Shown here: in pieces, positions 35,430-45,872 of the stretch
Position numbering within the stretch: position 1 is the first letter of the stretch
Layout of the letters: every line of letters starts with the position of its first letter
Assembly: GCA_964410395.1 (NCBI GenBank)
Contig: CAYPGS010000018.1
Span: 1 to 64,000, forward strand
Source of the DNA: an uncultured bacterium
Lineage (GTDB): Bacteria; Krumholzibacteriota; Krumholzibacteriia; JACNKJ01
Length of the DNA stretch: 64,000 nucleotides
Direction: 5' to 3'
Program-made: the position numbers and the translations under genes
The notes under the pieces: generated by a model
Database searches by the model: none
Told to the model about the DNA's origin: nothing
The model's input: the letters and a program-made list of their open reading frames with translations, nothing else

Positions 35430-38400
35430 TGCCCCGGCGTCACGATCTGAACTCCGTGCTGGTGCTGGGATCCGGTCCTATCGTGATCGGACAGGCCTGC
35501 GAGTTCGACTACTCGGGCACCCAGGCCCTCAAGGCCCTGCGCGGCGAAGGCTTGAGAACCATTCTGGTGAACAGCAATCCGGCCACCATCATGACCGACC
35601 CGGGCCTTGCCGACGCCACCTACCTTGAGCCGCTCTGTGCCTCGCGAGTCGCGAAGATCATCGAGCAGGAAAGGCCCGATGCCGTCCTGCCCACCGTGGG
35701 CGGGCAGACGGGTCTGAACCTCGGACTGGAGCTCGCGGAATCGGGTCTGCTCGAGAAGTTCGGCGTGGAGATGATCGGCGCGGGCGTCCGGAGCGTGCGT
35801 CTGGCCGAGGATCGGGAGCGCTTCAAGCAGGCCATGGAGGCCATCGGCCTGCGCACCCCGCGAAGTCTGCTCCTTCGCAGCCTGGACGAGGCCGAGGCGG
35901 CCATGGACCAGCTGGGCTTTCCCGCCATTCTGAGGGCCAGTTTCACCCTGGGCGGGTCCGGCAGCGGCATCGCCGAAAGCCGGGAGGAGTTTCTTGCCAT
36001 CCTGGCCGAGGGTCTCTCGCTTTCGCCCGTGGGAAGCGTGCTCGCGGAAGAGAGCGTGCTCGGCTGGAAGGAGTACGAACTCGAGGTGGTGCGCGACCGC
36101 GTCGGCAACGGCATCGTGGTCTGTTCCATCGAGAACTTCGACGCCATGGGCGTGCACACGGGCGACAGCATCACCGTCGCGCCAGCCCAGACCCTCAGCG
36201 ACCGCGAGTATCAGTTGCTGCGCGACGAGGCCCTCCGCGTGATGGACGCCGTGGGCGTGGCCACCGGCGGCTCCAACGTGCAGTTCGCCGTGGATCCCGA
36301 GAGCGGCGAGCACGTGGTCATCGAGATGAATCCGCGGGTGAGCCGGTCCAGCGCCCTGGCCAGCAAGGCCACGGGCTACCCCATCGCCAAGATCGCCACC
36401 CTGCTCGCCATCGGCTACACCCTCGACGAGCTTCCCAACGAGATCACGGGCCAAAGCTCGGCCTGCTTCGAACCGAGCATCGACTACACGGTGGTGAAGG
36501 TCCCCCGCTGGTCCTTCGAGAAGTTCCCCGGCACTCCAGACAGGTTGGGAACCAGCATGCAGTCGGTGGGCGAGGTCATGGCCATGGGCCGCAGTTTCCG
36601 CGAGGCCCTGCAGAAGGCCCTGCGCTCCCTGGAGCTGGGCCTGGACGGATGGTGCTCCACGGCCACCGGCCGCAGCGGCGAGGAACTGATGGCGGCCCTG
36701 GCCCGTCCTCATCCCGACCGGCTCCGCGACCTGCACGAGGCGCTCCGGCGCGGCTTCGGCACCGAGGAGATTCACCGGACCACGGGCATCGATCCCTGGT
36801 TCCTGGATAACCTCACCCGCCTGACCGAAGTGGAAGGCCGCCTCCGCAGCTTCAGCCTGGAGGAACTGCCCGAGGAGCTCCTTCGTGAGGCCAAGCGCGA
36901 GGGCTTCAGCGACCGGCGCATCGCCTCCCTGCTGCAGGGCGAGGCTCTCGCCGAAGATCTGCGGGCGAGGCGTGGTTCCCTCGGGCTCGAGCCCGTCTTC
37001 CGACGGGTGGACAGCTGCGCCGCGGAATTCCCCGCCGACACGCCCTATCTTTACTCCACCTGGGAGGACGGGCCCTGCGAGAGCCGACCCACGGATCGCC
37101 CCAAGGTGATCGTGCTGGGCAGCGGCCCCAATCGCATCGGCCAGGGCATCGAGTTCGACGCCTGCTGCTGTCACGCGGTGGAAGCCCTGCGGGAGGACGG
37201 CATCGAGGCCGTCATGATCAACTGCAATCCGGAAACCGTGAGCACGGACTACGACATCTCCGACCGGCTCTACTTCGAACCGCTGCGTTTCGAGGAGGTC
37301 ATGCAGATCGTCGAGATCGAGAAACCCCAGGGCGTGATCCCCACCCTCGGCGGACAGACGCCCCTGAAGCTGGCCGGCGAACTGGCGGCGGCGGGTGTTG
37401 CCCTGCTCGGCACCTCCGTGGAGGCCATCGACAGGGCGGAAGATCGCGATCGTTTCGGTGCGACCCTCGAGAAGCTCGACATTCCCGCCCCCGCCTTCGG
37501 CACGGCGCGATCCCCGGACGAGGCCCTGAGCGTCGCGGACAAACTCGGCTATCCGGTCATGATGCGTCCCAGCTTCGTGCTCGGTGGCCGCGCCATGCGA
37601 GTGGTCTACGATGACGCAGAACTTCGGGAGTTTTTCCACGAAGCCGCTCGGGTCTCGCCGGATCATCCCGTGCTCATCGACCAGTTCCTCGAAGGTGCGA
37701 CGGAGTACGATCTGGACGCCGTGGCCGACGGCGACCAGGTGCTCATCGGCGGCATCATGCAGCACATCGAGGAGGCGGGGATTCACAGCGGGGATAGCTT
37801 CGCCGTCTATCCGCCTCACGACTCCGGCGCCCAGGAGCTCAGGCTCATGGGCGAGTACGCGGAGCGCATCGCCGTGGAACTGGGCGTGCGGGGGCTGCTG
37901 AACATCCAGTTCGCGTGCCGGGGTGGCGAAGTCTTCGTGCTCGAGGTGAATCCGCGCGCCTCGCGCACCGTGCCCTTCCTCGAGAAGGCCACCGGCCTGC
38001 CCCTCAGCAAGATCGCCACGCGCTGCATGCTGGGACGGAGCCTCGCCGACCAGGGCGTCGCCGGGCCGCCGCCTCCCGATGGCTTCTACGTGAAGGCGCC
38101 GGTCTTCCCCTTCCGTCGATTCCCGAGGAGCGACCGGCTTCTGGGACCCGAGATGAAGAGTACGGGTGAGGTCATGGGCATGGGCCAGAGCTTCGCCGAA
38201 GCCTTCGCCAAGGCCCATCTCGCCACCGGACAGGGACTCCCCGACCAGGGTCGCGTCTTCCTCAGCGTGAACGATCTGGACAAGCCCGCGCTCTTCTCCA
38301 TCGCCCGTCAGCTGGACACCATGGGTTTCGCGCTGGTGGCCACCCGCGGCTGCGCGGCCTATCTGCGCGACCGGGGACTCGAGGTGGAAACTGTGGCCAA

Positions 38401-38668
38401 GGTCGGCGAGGGCAGCCCTCACGTGGCCGATCTCATTCGGGCCGGCCAGGTGCAGATGGTCATCAATACGCCCCTGGGACAGGCCAGTCGCTACGACGAG
38501 GTGCCCATCCGATCCAGCGCCACGGCCATGGACATTCCATGCATCACCACACTGGCCGGCGCCCGCGCCGCGGTGGACGGCATCCGCGCTCAGCGCGAGG
38601 GCCTAGGGGAAGCTCGTGGCCTTCCTTCGCGCTCCGGTTCGGGCGCTCGAGCGGCCAGCCATAGCTAA
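35429..38668 (+). CDS. carB: Carbamoyl-phosphate synthase large subunit
   Basis: 1079 aa. [33 protein letters not shown]..., duplicated ATP-grasp halves and a C-terminal MGS-like domain. The ATG overlaps the carA TGA. Confidence 0.95.
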   Translation: MPRRHDLNSVLVLGSGPIVIGQACEFDYSGTQALKALRGEGLRTILVNSNPATIMTDPGLADATYLEPLCASRVAKIIEQERPDAVLPTVGGQTGLNLGLELAESGLLEKFGVEMIGAGVRSVRLAEDRERFKQAMEAIGLRTPRSLLLRSLDEAEAAMDQLGFPAILRASFTLGGSGSGIAESREEFLAILAEGLSLSPVGSVLAEESVLGWKEYELEVVRDRVGNGIVVCSIENFDAMGVHTGDSITVAPAQTLSDREYQLLRDEALRVMDAVGVATGGSNVQFAVDPESGEHVVIEMNPRVSRSSALASKATGYPIAKIATLLAIGYTLDELPNEITGQSSACFEPSIDYTVVKVPRWSFEKFPGTPDRLGTSMQSVGEVMAMGRSFREALQKALRSLELGLDGWCSTATGRSGEELMAALARPHPDRLRDLHEALRRGFGTEEIHRTTGIDPWFLDNLTRLTEVEGRLRSFSLEELPEELLREAKREGFSDRRIASLLQGEALAEDLRARRGSLGLEPVFRRVDSCAAEFPADTPYLYSTWEDGPCESRPTDRPKVIVLGSGPNRIGQGIEFDACCCHAVEALREDGIEAVMINCNPETVSTDYDISDRLYFEPLRFEEVMQIVEIEKPQGVIPTLGGQTPLKLAGELAAAGVALLGTSVEAIDRAEDRDRFGATLEKLDIPAPAFGTARSPDEALSVADKLGYPVMMRPSFVLGGRAMRVVYDDAELREFFHEAARVSPDHPVLIDQFLEGATEYDLDAVADGDQVLIGGIMQHIEEAGIHSGDSFAVYPPHDSGAQELRLMGEYAERIAVELGVRGLLNIQFACRGGEVFVLEVNPRASRTVPFLEKATGLPLSKIATRCMLGRSLADQGVAGPPPPDGFYVKAPVFPFRRFPRSDRLLGPEMKSTGEVMGMGQSFAEAFAKAHLATGQGLPDQGRVFLSVNDLDKPALFSIARQLDTMGFALVATRGCAAYLRDRGLEVETVAKVGEGSPHVADLIRAGQVQMVINTPLGQASRYDEVPIRSSATAMDIPCITTLAGARAAVDGIRAQREGLGEARGLPSRSGSGARAASHS

Positions 38669-38881
38669 GCCACAAGGCCGCCTCACAAGTCGCGTCTCAG
38701 GAAGCCACTGCGCTTCTTGTTCTGGGATTCCGTACCCGGGTGCAATCGCATAGGTGGATAGTCCACCCGGGTGGACAGAAACGAAGCGGTCCTTGCAGGG
38801 TGCGAAGCAGTACACGTGTACAGTCTCGCTCCGAAACGAAGGGGCTTTCTCCACTCGCTTCGCTTCGCAAAAATAGAAAAC

Positions 38882-38951
38882 GGGGGAGGCAGGATGCCTC
38901 CCCCGAACGATTTGCGAAGCTCTAGTGAGGGGGAGGCGTCCTGCCTCCCTC
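38882..38951 (-). repeat. Paired G4AG3 hairpin module (copy B), 5 nt downstream of the protease stop
   Basis: Hairpin 1: GGGGGAGGC-aggat-GCCTCCCCC (38882..38904). A 24-nt spacer contains GAAGC. Hairpin 2: GGGGGAGGC-gtcct-GCCTCCCTC (38929..38951). Confidence 0.6.
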
Positions 38952-38956
38952 GCTCT

Positions 38957-41839
38957 CTACTTGATGAGAACCATGGTCCGGCTCTTCACCTCTCCGTTCG
39001 CCGAGAGGCGATAGAGGTAGACGCCGCTGCCCACGGGGTTGCCCTTCTGATCGCGACCTTCCCAGATGACGCGGTGCTCGCCGGCGACCATCTGGTCGGC
39101 GATGAGGGTGCGCACCAGGCGGCCGTTGACGTCGAAGACCTTCAGATCCACGCGTCCGTCGGTCTCAAGAGCGAACTTGATCTCGGTGCGCGGGTTGAAG
39201 GGATTCGGATGGTTCTGCTCGAGGCGCAGGGGCACGCCGATGGTGAACTCGTCGTCCACGTTCGTGCCGCCGATGACCGCGTGGATCATGAGGTCATCCA
39301 GGGCGCCCTCGACCAAGGTCGGGATGGTGCCGTCCTTGACCTCGAACTTGAACTGAACCTGTCCGGGCTGTGCGAACAGATCGTGCAGGTAGAACTCGTT
39401 GTCCTTCCAATACGCTTCCATCGAACCGGTGTCGACATCCAGTTCGACCCAGTTGGACCCGCCGTCATTCGAGATGGACGCCGTCCAGGAATCACCCGTG
39501 CGACCGTAGTACCAGTACCAGTAGCTGATGTAAACCTCGCTGGCCTGGGTCAAGTCGTAGATGGGCGAAAGCAGCGTGACCGTACCGCCGGTGACGTCGT
39601 TGAAGTTGTCGGCCTCGCCGGGGGTGTGCTGACCGGTCACCCAACACAGGGTTCCGGGGTGGCTGATGTCGTCCTCGGGCTGTGCGGTGGTTCCGATGGG
39701 ATCCGCGCGCTCCCAGTGTCCCGTGCTGGCGGTGGCTTCGGTGCTCCAACCGGCGTCGATCTCCATGTCCTCGAGGCGCCAGGCCACGAAGAACTTGTGG
39801 AAGACGTTCGGAGCGCCCCAAGGCGAGGTTCCCGTGGTGCCCACGGTGTCCTCGGCGTAGATGTAGTAGTCCACCTGACCGGCCTGCTGCCCCGGAATCT
39901 GTCCGAAGAAGTAGGAACCGTTCATGGTATCCATATCCACGCTGTTCCAGCTGCCGCCGTTGTGGCGGTAGTAGATGGTGGCGGATTCGGGATCCAGCGG
40001 ACCCTCGGTGGACGAGATGGTCGCGCCCACGGTGTAGGGACCATCCATGTCGCCGGTGTCCGTCAGCGGAGTGTGCTCGAAGAGCACGCCCACGAGGATG
40101 GGCGGCACGTCGTAACCGTGATGCGTGGCCGCCGCGGAGAGAATGCTGTAGTGAGGCGTTCCATTGTCGAGGTCGCCGTCGTCGTCGTCGGCCATGAAGG
40201 TCCAGAAGACCTGGTCGGGCTGGTTGGTGGGATGCCCCATCAAACGCCCGTAGTGCCAGCGCTCGGCGGCCATGATGGTGCCCAACTCGTCACCGTAGTT
40301 GGACTGCATTCCCATCATGATGTCCCAGTGGAAGCCCGCGATGATCTGACCGTCGTGGTGGATCTGCCCGTTCATGTCTTCGGGGTAGATCAGGTCGTTG
40401 TCGGAGTTGCGGATTCCGTCGGTGCAGTTGCCCAGGTAGAAGCCGCGGCCGATGATGGACTCCTGCGTCATGAGGTTGGCCAGAACGTCGGAGTTACCTT
40501 CACCCAATCCCTGATCGCCCTGCCATCCGAGGATGGCGGCCTGCACGCCGTGACCGAACTCGTGATGCACCACTCCCTGGATCTCACCGGTGTTGGCGCA
40601 GCCGCCGCCTTCGGTGAAGAAGTTGATGCTGCCGTTCCAGTAGGCATTGCAGTTGTCGTTGAGGCTCACGTAAGCGTTCATCCGCTGGTTCGGCAGCGCG
40701 AACTCCGGAGCCCAGAGCTGGAAGAAGTCATGAATATCGTTGACGGCGTTGAAGACGTCGCGCTCGTCGTTCTGAGCGTTGAGGTCATCGTAAGAGATCG
40801 TCAGCGGAGTCCCTTCCCAGGCGGTTCCCGTGAATGTCGCCTCGGGGCCCCCCGAGTTCGTGATGTTGCAATAGGGACCATAGAGGTCGGCCGTGATCTG
40901 GGCCGTACCGCTGGGGCTGCTCCAATCACCATTCTCGTCGGTATAGACCGTTCCGCTGCCCGCAACCTGAACGCGCAGGTAGGGCACGGACTGATCATGG
41001 ATGCCGTTGCACCAGGTGTCCGGCTGCACTTCGGAGTTCGTGTCGCCTTCGATGAAGAAGTGCACATCGTTGTAGCGCCAGACGATCTCGCCGGTATGGG
41101 CGTCCACGTGGGTCACCCAGATACCGACCGGATCGGCCGTATGCACGCGCAGGCGCCAGACCAGGTGATACTCCACGCTCTCCTCGCTGAGGGGCACAGG
41201 GAGCACGACCAGTTCGGGCGCGGCTTCGACGCTGTCCTCGGCGGGATTGAAGCCGACATCCATGCGCGCGATCTGCTCAGCCTGATCGGCGGAGATGGCA
41301 GGCATGGCGGACAGATCGATATCGTTGTAGAGATCCGAGCCCGCAGCAATCAAGCGTCCATCTTCGGTGAAGGCGGCGAAGGCCTTGCCCTGCCAGACTT
41401 CGATTCCCTCGAAGGTCTGAGCGAGATGAGCGACCCACTTGCCCTTGTAGTTCACGCGATCGGTGATCTGCAACTCAACGCCGGCGGCACCGAGGTGCTC
41501 GGCCTGCTCGTCGAAGAGACGAAGCGTGGCGGCGTCAAGATCCACCGCGGAGCGCATGCCAGCGGTGTAGGCAGTGTTGCCGTAGACGATATGAGGCGTG
41601 CCGGCCTGGGAGTTCCAAGACCAGACATGCCAGTTGCCGCCCAGATCCTGGGCGAGTCCCTCTTCCACCGCGGCGCTAGCCTGGAGCGTCGCGAAGGATT
41701 CATAGATGTGGAGGTCGTAGGTGCCGAGAGGGATGGCGAAATCTTGCGAGTGTTCCGGTGCCTTGAACGCCTGGCTCGTGATGAGAACCAGCGCAAGACC
41801 GAGGGTGGTCAGAGCAAGGCTGAAGCGGGACTGCTTCAC
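38957..41839 (-). CDS. Thermolysin-clan (M36/M4-like) secreted zinc metalloprotease with FlgD-Ig/T9SS-type CTD
   Basis: VVHHEFGHGVQAAILG (HExxH) plus GLGEGNSDVLANL (EGxSD third-ligand motif). AGGAGG SD and GTG 41839. Signal peptide VKQSRFSLALTTLGLALVLITSQAFKA. C-terminus is NPFNPRTEIKFAL...GVYLYRLSANGEVKSRTMVLIK. Confidence 0.8.
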   Translation of the reverse strand: MKQSRFSLALTTLGLALVLITSQAFKAPEHSQDFAIPLGTYDLHIYESFATLQASAAVEEGLAQDLGGNWHVWSWNSQAGTPHIVYGNTAYTAGMRSAVDLDAATLRLFDEQAEHLGAAGVELQITDRVNYKGKWVAHLAQTFEGIEVWQGKAFAAFTEDGRLIAAGSDLYNDIDLSAMPAISADQAEQIARMDVGFNPAEDSVEAAPELVVLPVPLSEESVEYHLVWRLRVHTADPVGIWVTHVDAHTGEIVWRYNDVHFFIEGDTNSEVQPDTWCNGIHDQSVPYLRVQVAGSGTVYTDENGDWSSPSGTAQITADLYGPYCNITNSGGPEATFTGTAWEGTPLTISYDDLNAQNDERDVFNAVNDIHDFFQLWAPEFALPNQRMNAYVSLNDNCNAYWNGSINFFTEGGGCANTGEIQGVVHHEFGHGVQAAILGWQGDQGLGEGNSDVLANLMTQESIIGRGFYLGNCTDGIRNSDNDLIYPEDMNGQIHHDGQIIAGFHWDIMMGMQSNYGDELGTIMAAERWHYGRLMGHPTNQPDQVFWTFMADDDDGDLDNGTPHYSILSAAATHHGYDVPPILVGVLFEHTPLTDTGDMDGPYTVGATISSTEGPLDPESATIYYRHNGGSWNSVDMDTMNGSYFFGQIPGQQAGQVDYYIYAEDTVGTTGTSPWGAPNVFHKFFVAWRLEDMEIDAGWSTEATASTGHWERADPIGTTAQPEDDISHPGTLCWVTGQHTPGEADNFNDVTGGTVTLLSPIYDLTQASEVYISYWYWYYGRTGDSWTASISNDGGSNWVELDVDTGSMEAYWKDNEFYLHDLFAQPGQVQFKFEVKDGTIPTLVEGALDDLMIHAVIGGTNVDDEFTIGVPLRLEQNHPNPFNPRTEIKFALETDGRVDLKVFDVNGRLVRTLIADQMVAGEHRVIWEGRDQKGNPVGSGVYLYRLSANGEVKSRTMVLIK

Positions 41840-42097
41840 GGGGAGCCTCCTATATGGAAGGGGGACATGGGGATTGGATGAGGCGATAATTGTAAATTGT
41901 ACCACATATGAACGGAAATTGGGAACGGGGAAGGGGCCGTGCTGCGGTTCTATGGGGAAGATCGGGGCCCCAACCCCTCATCGAGGCTGACGCCCCGAAT
42001 TCAAGAAGGTGAAGATTTTCCAAGAAAATATAAACTTGCCAGGTCCGCAAGAGGCTAACAGCGTTACCCACCACTTCAAAAAACAGCCAGTTGTGGA

Positions 42098-42670
42098 TCA
42101 GAATAGCTGCTTAATGGCACTCCAGCTGGATTCATGGGTCGCTGTCGGGAACCAGGAACAGTAGCACCAGGATGGATCCGTGCAGTTGAAAGTAAACTGC
42201 CCTCCCATGACATCGACGATCTCGAAATCCGCGTCCACGACCACGAGGCACTCGCAGTCGGCTCCCTCTCCAACCGTCATGATCCAGTCATCGAGGATCC
42301 AGGTGGGATCGAACATCGTGAATTCGATGGATCCCAGGTGGATCAAGGGACCCGGCTGGGGCTCGGAGAAGGCGATGGAGAAGTCCCAGGTGATGTCGCC
42401 GATGATCAAATCGCTGTTCCAGTACTCGTAGGCAGATCCTATCGGATAACCTGGGTTACCCGGATAGTTGGCAATTCGGAATTCAGCGGCCGTGACTGCA
42501 TCGATATCCGGTACGACGGCCATCACATGCACCATCATGGGGACGTACTCTTCGATCGGAGCATGGCATTCGGAGCCCCAGACATCGTCGGCGAAGATTC
42601 CGATGAGACCCTGGGCAATGCCAGGACCGGCTACGGCGAGGCACAACATCACAAGCACGAGTTGGCGCAT
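42098..42670 (-). CDS. Secreted protein (paralogue of 33079..33660), tail ...SSWSAIKQLF
   Basis: GGGAGGG SD and ATG 42670. Signal peptide MRQLVLVMLCLAVAGPGIAQG. Lies between the two M36-like protease genes. Confidence 0.7.
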   Translation of the reverse strand: MRQLVLVMLCLAVAGPGIAQGLIGIFADDVWGSECHAPIEEYVPMMVHVMAVVPDIDAVTAAEFRIANYPGNPGYPIGSAYEYWNSDLIIGDITWDFSIAFSEPQPGPLIHLGSIEFTMFDPTWILDDWIMTVGEGADCECLVVVDADFEIVDVMGGQFTFNCTDPSWCYCSWFPTATHESSWSAIKQLF

Positions 42671-42764
42671 CACATCCCTCCCGTCGAATCGTGGAGCAGA
42701 ACAATTATACACAAATGCCCCATCCTATGGAAAGCGATGGGTAATCTATCGATGCAAATGGAAA

Positions 42765-42832
42765 GGGGAGGGCAGAGGCCCTCCCCGAGTGACATGTGAA
42801 GCTGGAACGAGGGGAGGGCCTCTGCCCTCCCC
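42765..42832 (-). repeat. Paired G4AG3 hairpin module (copy C), 5 nt downstream of the protease stop
   Basis: GGGGAGGGCAGAGGCCCTCCCC (42765..42786) and GGGGAGGGCCTCTGCCCTCCCC (42811..42832) are exact reverse complements. The 24-nt spacer contains GAAGC. Confidence 0.65.
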
Positions 42833-42837
42833 TATGC

Positions 42838-45765
42838 TTACTTGATCAGAACCATCCTCTTGCTCTGGGTGCCCTCTTCCGTGGCGAGTCGATAAAAGTA
42901 GACGCCGCTTCCCACGGGCTCGCCCTGCTCGTCGCGACCGTCCCAGATCACGCGATGCTCGCCGGCGTCCATGTTTCCGGCGGCGAGGTTCTTCACCATG
43001 CGGCCGGCCACATCGAAGACGCTCAGGTCCACGCGTCCGCTCGCCGGCAGCGAGAAGGTGATCTCCGTTCGCGGGTTGAAGGGATTGGGCGCGTTCTGCT
43101 CCAGACGCAGAGGCACGCTCACGGCGAAGTCCTCATCGAGATCGGTGCCGAAGAGCGCGGTGATGGACACGTCGTCGATGGCGGCCTCCACCAGCGAGTT
43201 GTCGCCGGAGTCGTCCGCCACGAACTTGAACTGCACCTGTCCGTACTCGGTCACCCAGTCGTTCAGATCGAAGATCACCGAGACCCAGGCGTTGGTGCTG
43301 GCAGTCGTGGACTCCAGGGCGGTCCAGCTGGAGCCGCCGTCATTGGAGAAGTAGCTGCGCCAGGTGTCCTCGCCCGGATTGGGACCCTTGTCGTTGGAGT
43401 ACCACTTCCAGTAGCGCACGTTCACGGAGCTGGCGCCGGTGAGGTCGTAGACGGGGCTGAAGAGCGTGGTCTTGCCGCCGTCCACGTCGTTGGCGCCGTC
43501 GCTGCTGCCCATGCGTCCGTCGGTGACCCAGCAATCGGTGCCCTCGCTGGTGTGATCGTCCTCGGGCTGAGCGCTGGTGCCGTCGGGATCCATGCGGTTC
43601 CACTCGCCGTCGTCGGCGGTGTCGAAGATGTCCCCCACCGTCCAGCCACCATCCTCCTCGGCCGGATCGATGGCCCAGGCCACCAGGAAACTGAAGGGCT
43701 CGCCCGGCGCGTCATCGGGATGATAGCCCACGGTACCCAGATCGTCCTCGGCGTAGAGGTAGTAATCGACCCGGCCGCCGGAGGTGGGCGGAATCGAGGC
43801 CTCGAACTGGCCGCCGCCCAGATCGCTCATGCCCGACTCGACCCAGAGGCCGCCCTCGTAGCGATAGCGCAGTTTCACGGTGGACGGGTCGATGTTGCCC
43901 TCCACGGACCAGATGGTCGCCTCGATGGGGTAAGCATTGTCGCTGTCGGTGGTGTCGTCCAGAGGCGCGTGCACGAAGACGATGCCCGCGGGAATCGGAC
44001 ACTCGAAGCAGTGGTTCTCGGCCGCCTCGCAGTAGATGTCGCCGTGGGGCGTGCCGTTGAGGATGTCATCGTCGTCGTCGTCGGCGATGAAGGTCCAGAG
44101 CACCTGGTCGGGCTGGTACTCGGGATGTCCGAGCACGCGGCCGTAGTGCCAGTTGCTCGCCGCCACGATCGTACCCGGCGAGTCCCAGGCGCTTTCGCCG
44201 CCGTCGTAGAGTTCCTGCAGCAAGACCATGGCGTCCCAGTTGAAGCCGGCGATGATCTGGCCATCATGGTGAACGCTGCCGTTGAGGTCGGAGGGATAGC
44301 AGAGATCGTTGTCCGAGTTCCGGATGCCGCTCACGCAGTTGCCCAGGTAGAAGCCCCGGCCGATCACCGAATCCTGGGTGATCAGGTTGCCGAGAATGTC
44401 GCTGTTGCCCTCGCCCAGGCCCTCTTCGCCCTGGTATCCCAGGATGGCCGCCTGCACGCCGTGACCGAACTCGTGGTGCACCACCTGCTGCAGCTCGCCC
44501 GTATTGGCGCAGCCGCCGGCGCTGTAGCAGAAGTTGATGGTGCCGTCCCACCAGGCGTTGCAGGGACAGTAGCCGTCGTCCCGGTTGATGGTCGCGTGGA
44601 TTTGCTGGTTGGCATAGGCGAACTCCGGCGCGAAGAGCTGGAAGAAATCGTGGATGTCGTTCACCGCGTCGAAGGTGTCCAGCTCGTCCTGGCGCGCGTT
44701 GCCGGAGTCGAAGTCGACGGTGAAGGGAACATCCTCGCTCACGACGCCGCTGAAGGAAGCTTCCTGCCCCTGGAAGTTGGTCACGTAGACATAGGGACCG
44801 TGAAGGTCGGCGCTGACGCTGCGATCGCCTCCGCTTCCCGCGATGGTCCAGTTGCCGTTCTCGTCGCTGGTCACCGTGCCGAGGCCGGCCACGTCAATGT
44901 CGAGGTAGGGAATCGTGGCCACGGTGATGCCGTCGCACCAGCCGTAGATCTGGGCGTCGATCTCCGTGTCGCCGCCGTAGGCAAAGTGGATGTCGTTTCG
45001 GCGCTGAAGGATCTCGCCGCTGTGGGCGTCCACGTCGGTGACCCAGATGCCCAGGGGCTCTTCGGTGCGCACCCGCACTCGCCAGACCAGGTGATGCTCC
45101 ACCTCTTCCTCATTCAGGGCAACCGGCAGCACATGGAGCACGCTCTCCCCGTCGAGGCGATCGGTGCTCGGGTCGAAGGGCAGATCGCCTCGGGCGATGT
45201 CCTCGGCCGCCAGGCGCGAGTAGGCGGGCAGGGTCGAGAGCTCGAGATCCGAGTAGACGTCCGATCCCATGAGCAGTAGTGAGCCGCTGTCGCTGAAGAG
45301 CACCACGGCCTTGCCGCCCTTGACCTCTACGCCTTCATGGACCTGCTGGAAGTGTACGGCCCACTTGCCCCTCGCATGTTCCACGGCCGCGAGGCGCAGG
45401 TTCTCACCGTTCGTGCCGAAGACCGAGGGGTGATCCGCGATGACCCGCCAGGCCGCGGCCTCGGCATCGGCCTCTCTGGACAGACTCGCGCCCATGGCGA
45501 TGGGCGAACCATAGACGTAGTGCGGCGTGCCGGTGCGCGCATTCCAGGACCAGACCTCCCAGTCCACGTCATGGCGCGCCTTGAGCTCGGATTTCAGCGA
45601 GCTCATGGCCTGCTCGACCGCAAAGGATCGGTACCCATGAAAATCGAACTCGGGAAAACGGATTTCATACTCGTCGTTCTGATCGACGGGCATGAAGGCG
45701 AAGCTGGCGGGCGCGAAGAGGGCCAGGATGGCCGCGATGAGACGTAAGGGGACGTTCGGGCGCAT
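42838..45765 (-). CDS. Thermolysin-clan (M36/M4-like) secreted zinc metalloprotease with FlgD-Ig/T9SS-type CTD (paralogue)
   Basis: VVHHEFGHGVQAAILG plus GLGEGNSDILGNL. Start at ATG 45765, with signal peptide MRPNVPLRLIAAILALFAPASFA. The track's 46095 start is an Arg-rich extension that overlaps the next gene. C-terminus is ...GVYFYRLATEEGTQSKRMVLIK. Confidence 0.8.
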   Translation of the reverse strand: MRPNVPLRLIAAILALFAPASFAFMPVDQNDEYEIRFPEFDFHGYRSFAVEQAMSSLKSELKARHDVDWEVWSWNARTGTPHYVYGSPIAMGASLSREADAEAAAWRVIADHPSVFGTNGENLRLAAVEHARGKWAVHFQQVHEGVEVKGGKAVVLFSDSGSLLLMGSDVYSDLELSTLPAYSRLAAEDIARGDLPFDPSTDRLDGESVLHVLPVALNEEEVEHHLVWRVRVRTEEPLGIWVTDVDAHSGEILQRRNDIHFAYGGDTEIDAQIYGWCDGITVATIPYLDIDVAGLGTVTSDENGNWTIAGSGGDRSVSADLHGPYVYVTNFQGQEASFSGVVSEDVPFTVDFDSGNARQDELDTFDAVNDIHDFFQLFAPEFAYANQQIHATINRDDGYCPCNAWWDGTINFCYSAGGCANTGELQQVVHHEFGHGVQAAILGYQGEEGLGEGNSDILGNLITQDSVIGRGFYLGNCVSGIRNSDNDLCYPSDLNGSVHHDGQIIAGFNWDAMVLLQELYDGGESAWDSPGTIVAASNWHYGRVLGHPEYQPDQVLWTFIADDDDDDILNGTPHGDIYCEAAENHCFECPIPAGIVFVHAPLDDTTDSDNAYPIEATIWSVEGNIDPSTVKLRYRYEGGLWVESGMSDLGGGQFEASIPPTSGGRVDYYLYAEDDLGTVGYHPDDAPGEPFSFLVAWAIDPAEEDGGWTVGDIFDTADDGEWNRMDPDGTSAQPEDDHTSEGTDCWVTDGRMGSSDGANDVDGGKTTLFSPVYDLTGASSVNVRYWKWYSNDKGPNPGEDTWRSYFSNDGGSSWTALESTTASTNAWVSVIFDLNDWVTEYGQVQFKFVADDSGDNSLVEAAIDDVSITALFGTDLDEDFAVSVPLRLEQNAPNPFNPRTEITFSLPASGRVDLSVFDVAGRMVKNLAAGNMDAGEHRVIWDGRDEQGEPVGSGVYFYRLATEEGTQSKRMVLIK

Positions 45766-45872
45766 GAACCGGAGACCTCCGATGGAGCGGGAATGGGATT
45801 CGGTGCAGGGTTTAAGTATACCGCTTCCGGCCCCCGCGACCAAGGCCGCCGGCCATCGAGGACTCCTGGATC

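Noticed and set aside
35357-38422. 1021-aa minus-strand ORF covering carB
   Set aside because: It is antisense to an unambiguous carbamoyl-phosphate synthase large subunit, so it is a high-GC shadow ORF.
38771-41881. 1036-aa plus-strand ORF, and the similar 42796..45279 (827 aa)
   Set aside because: Both are antisense to the two M36-like protease genes, which carry HExxH and FlgD-CTD signatures. Neither has motifs of its own.
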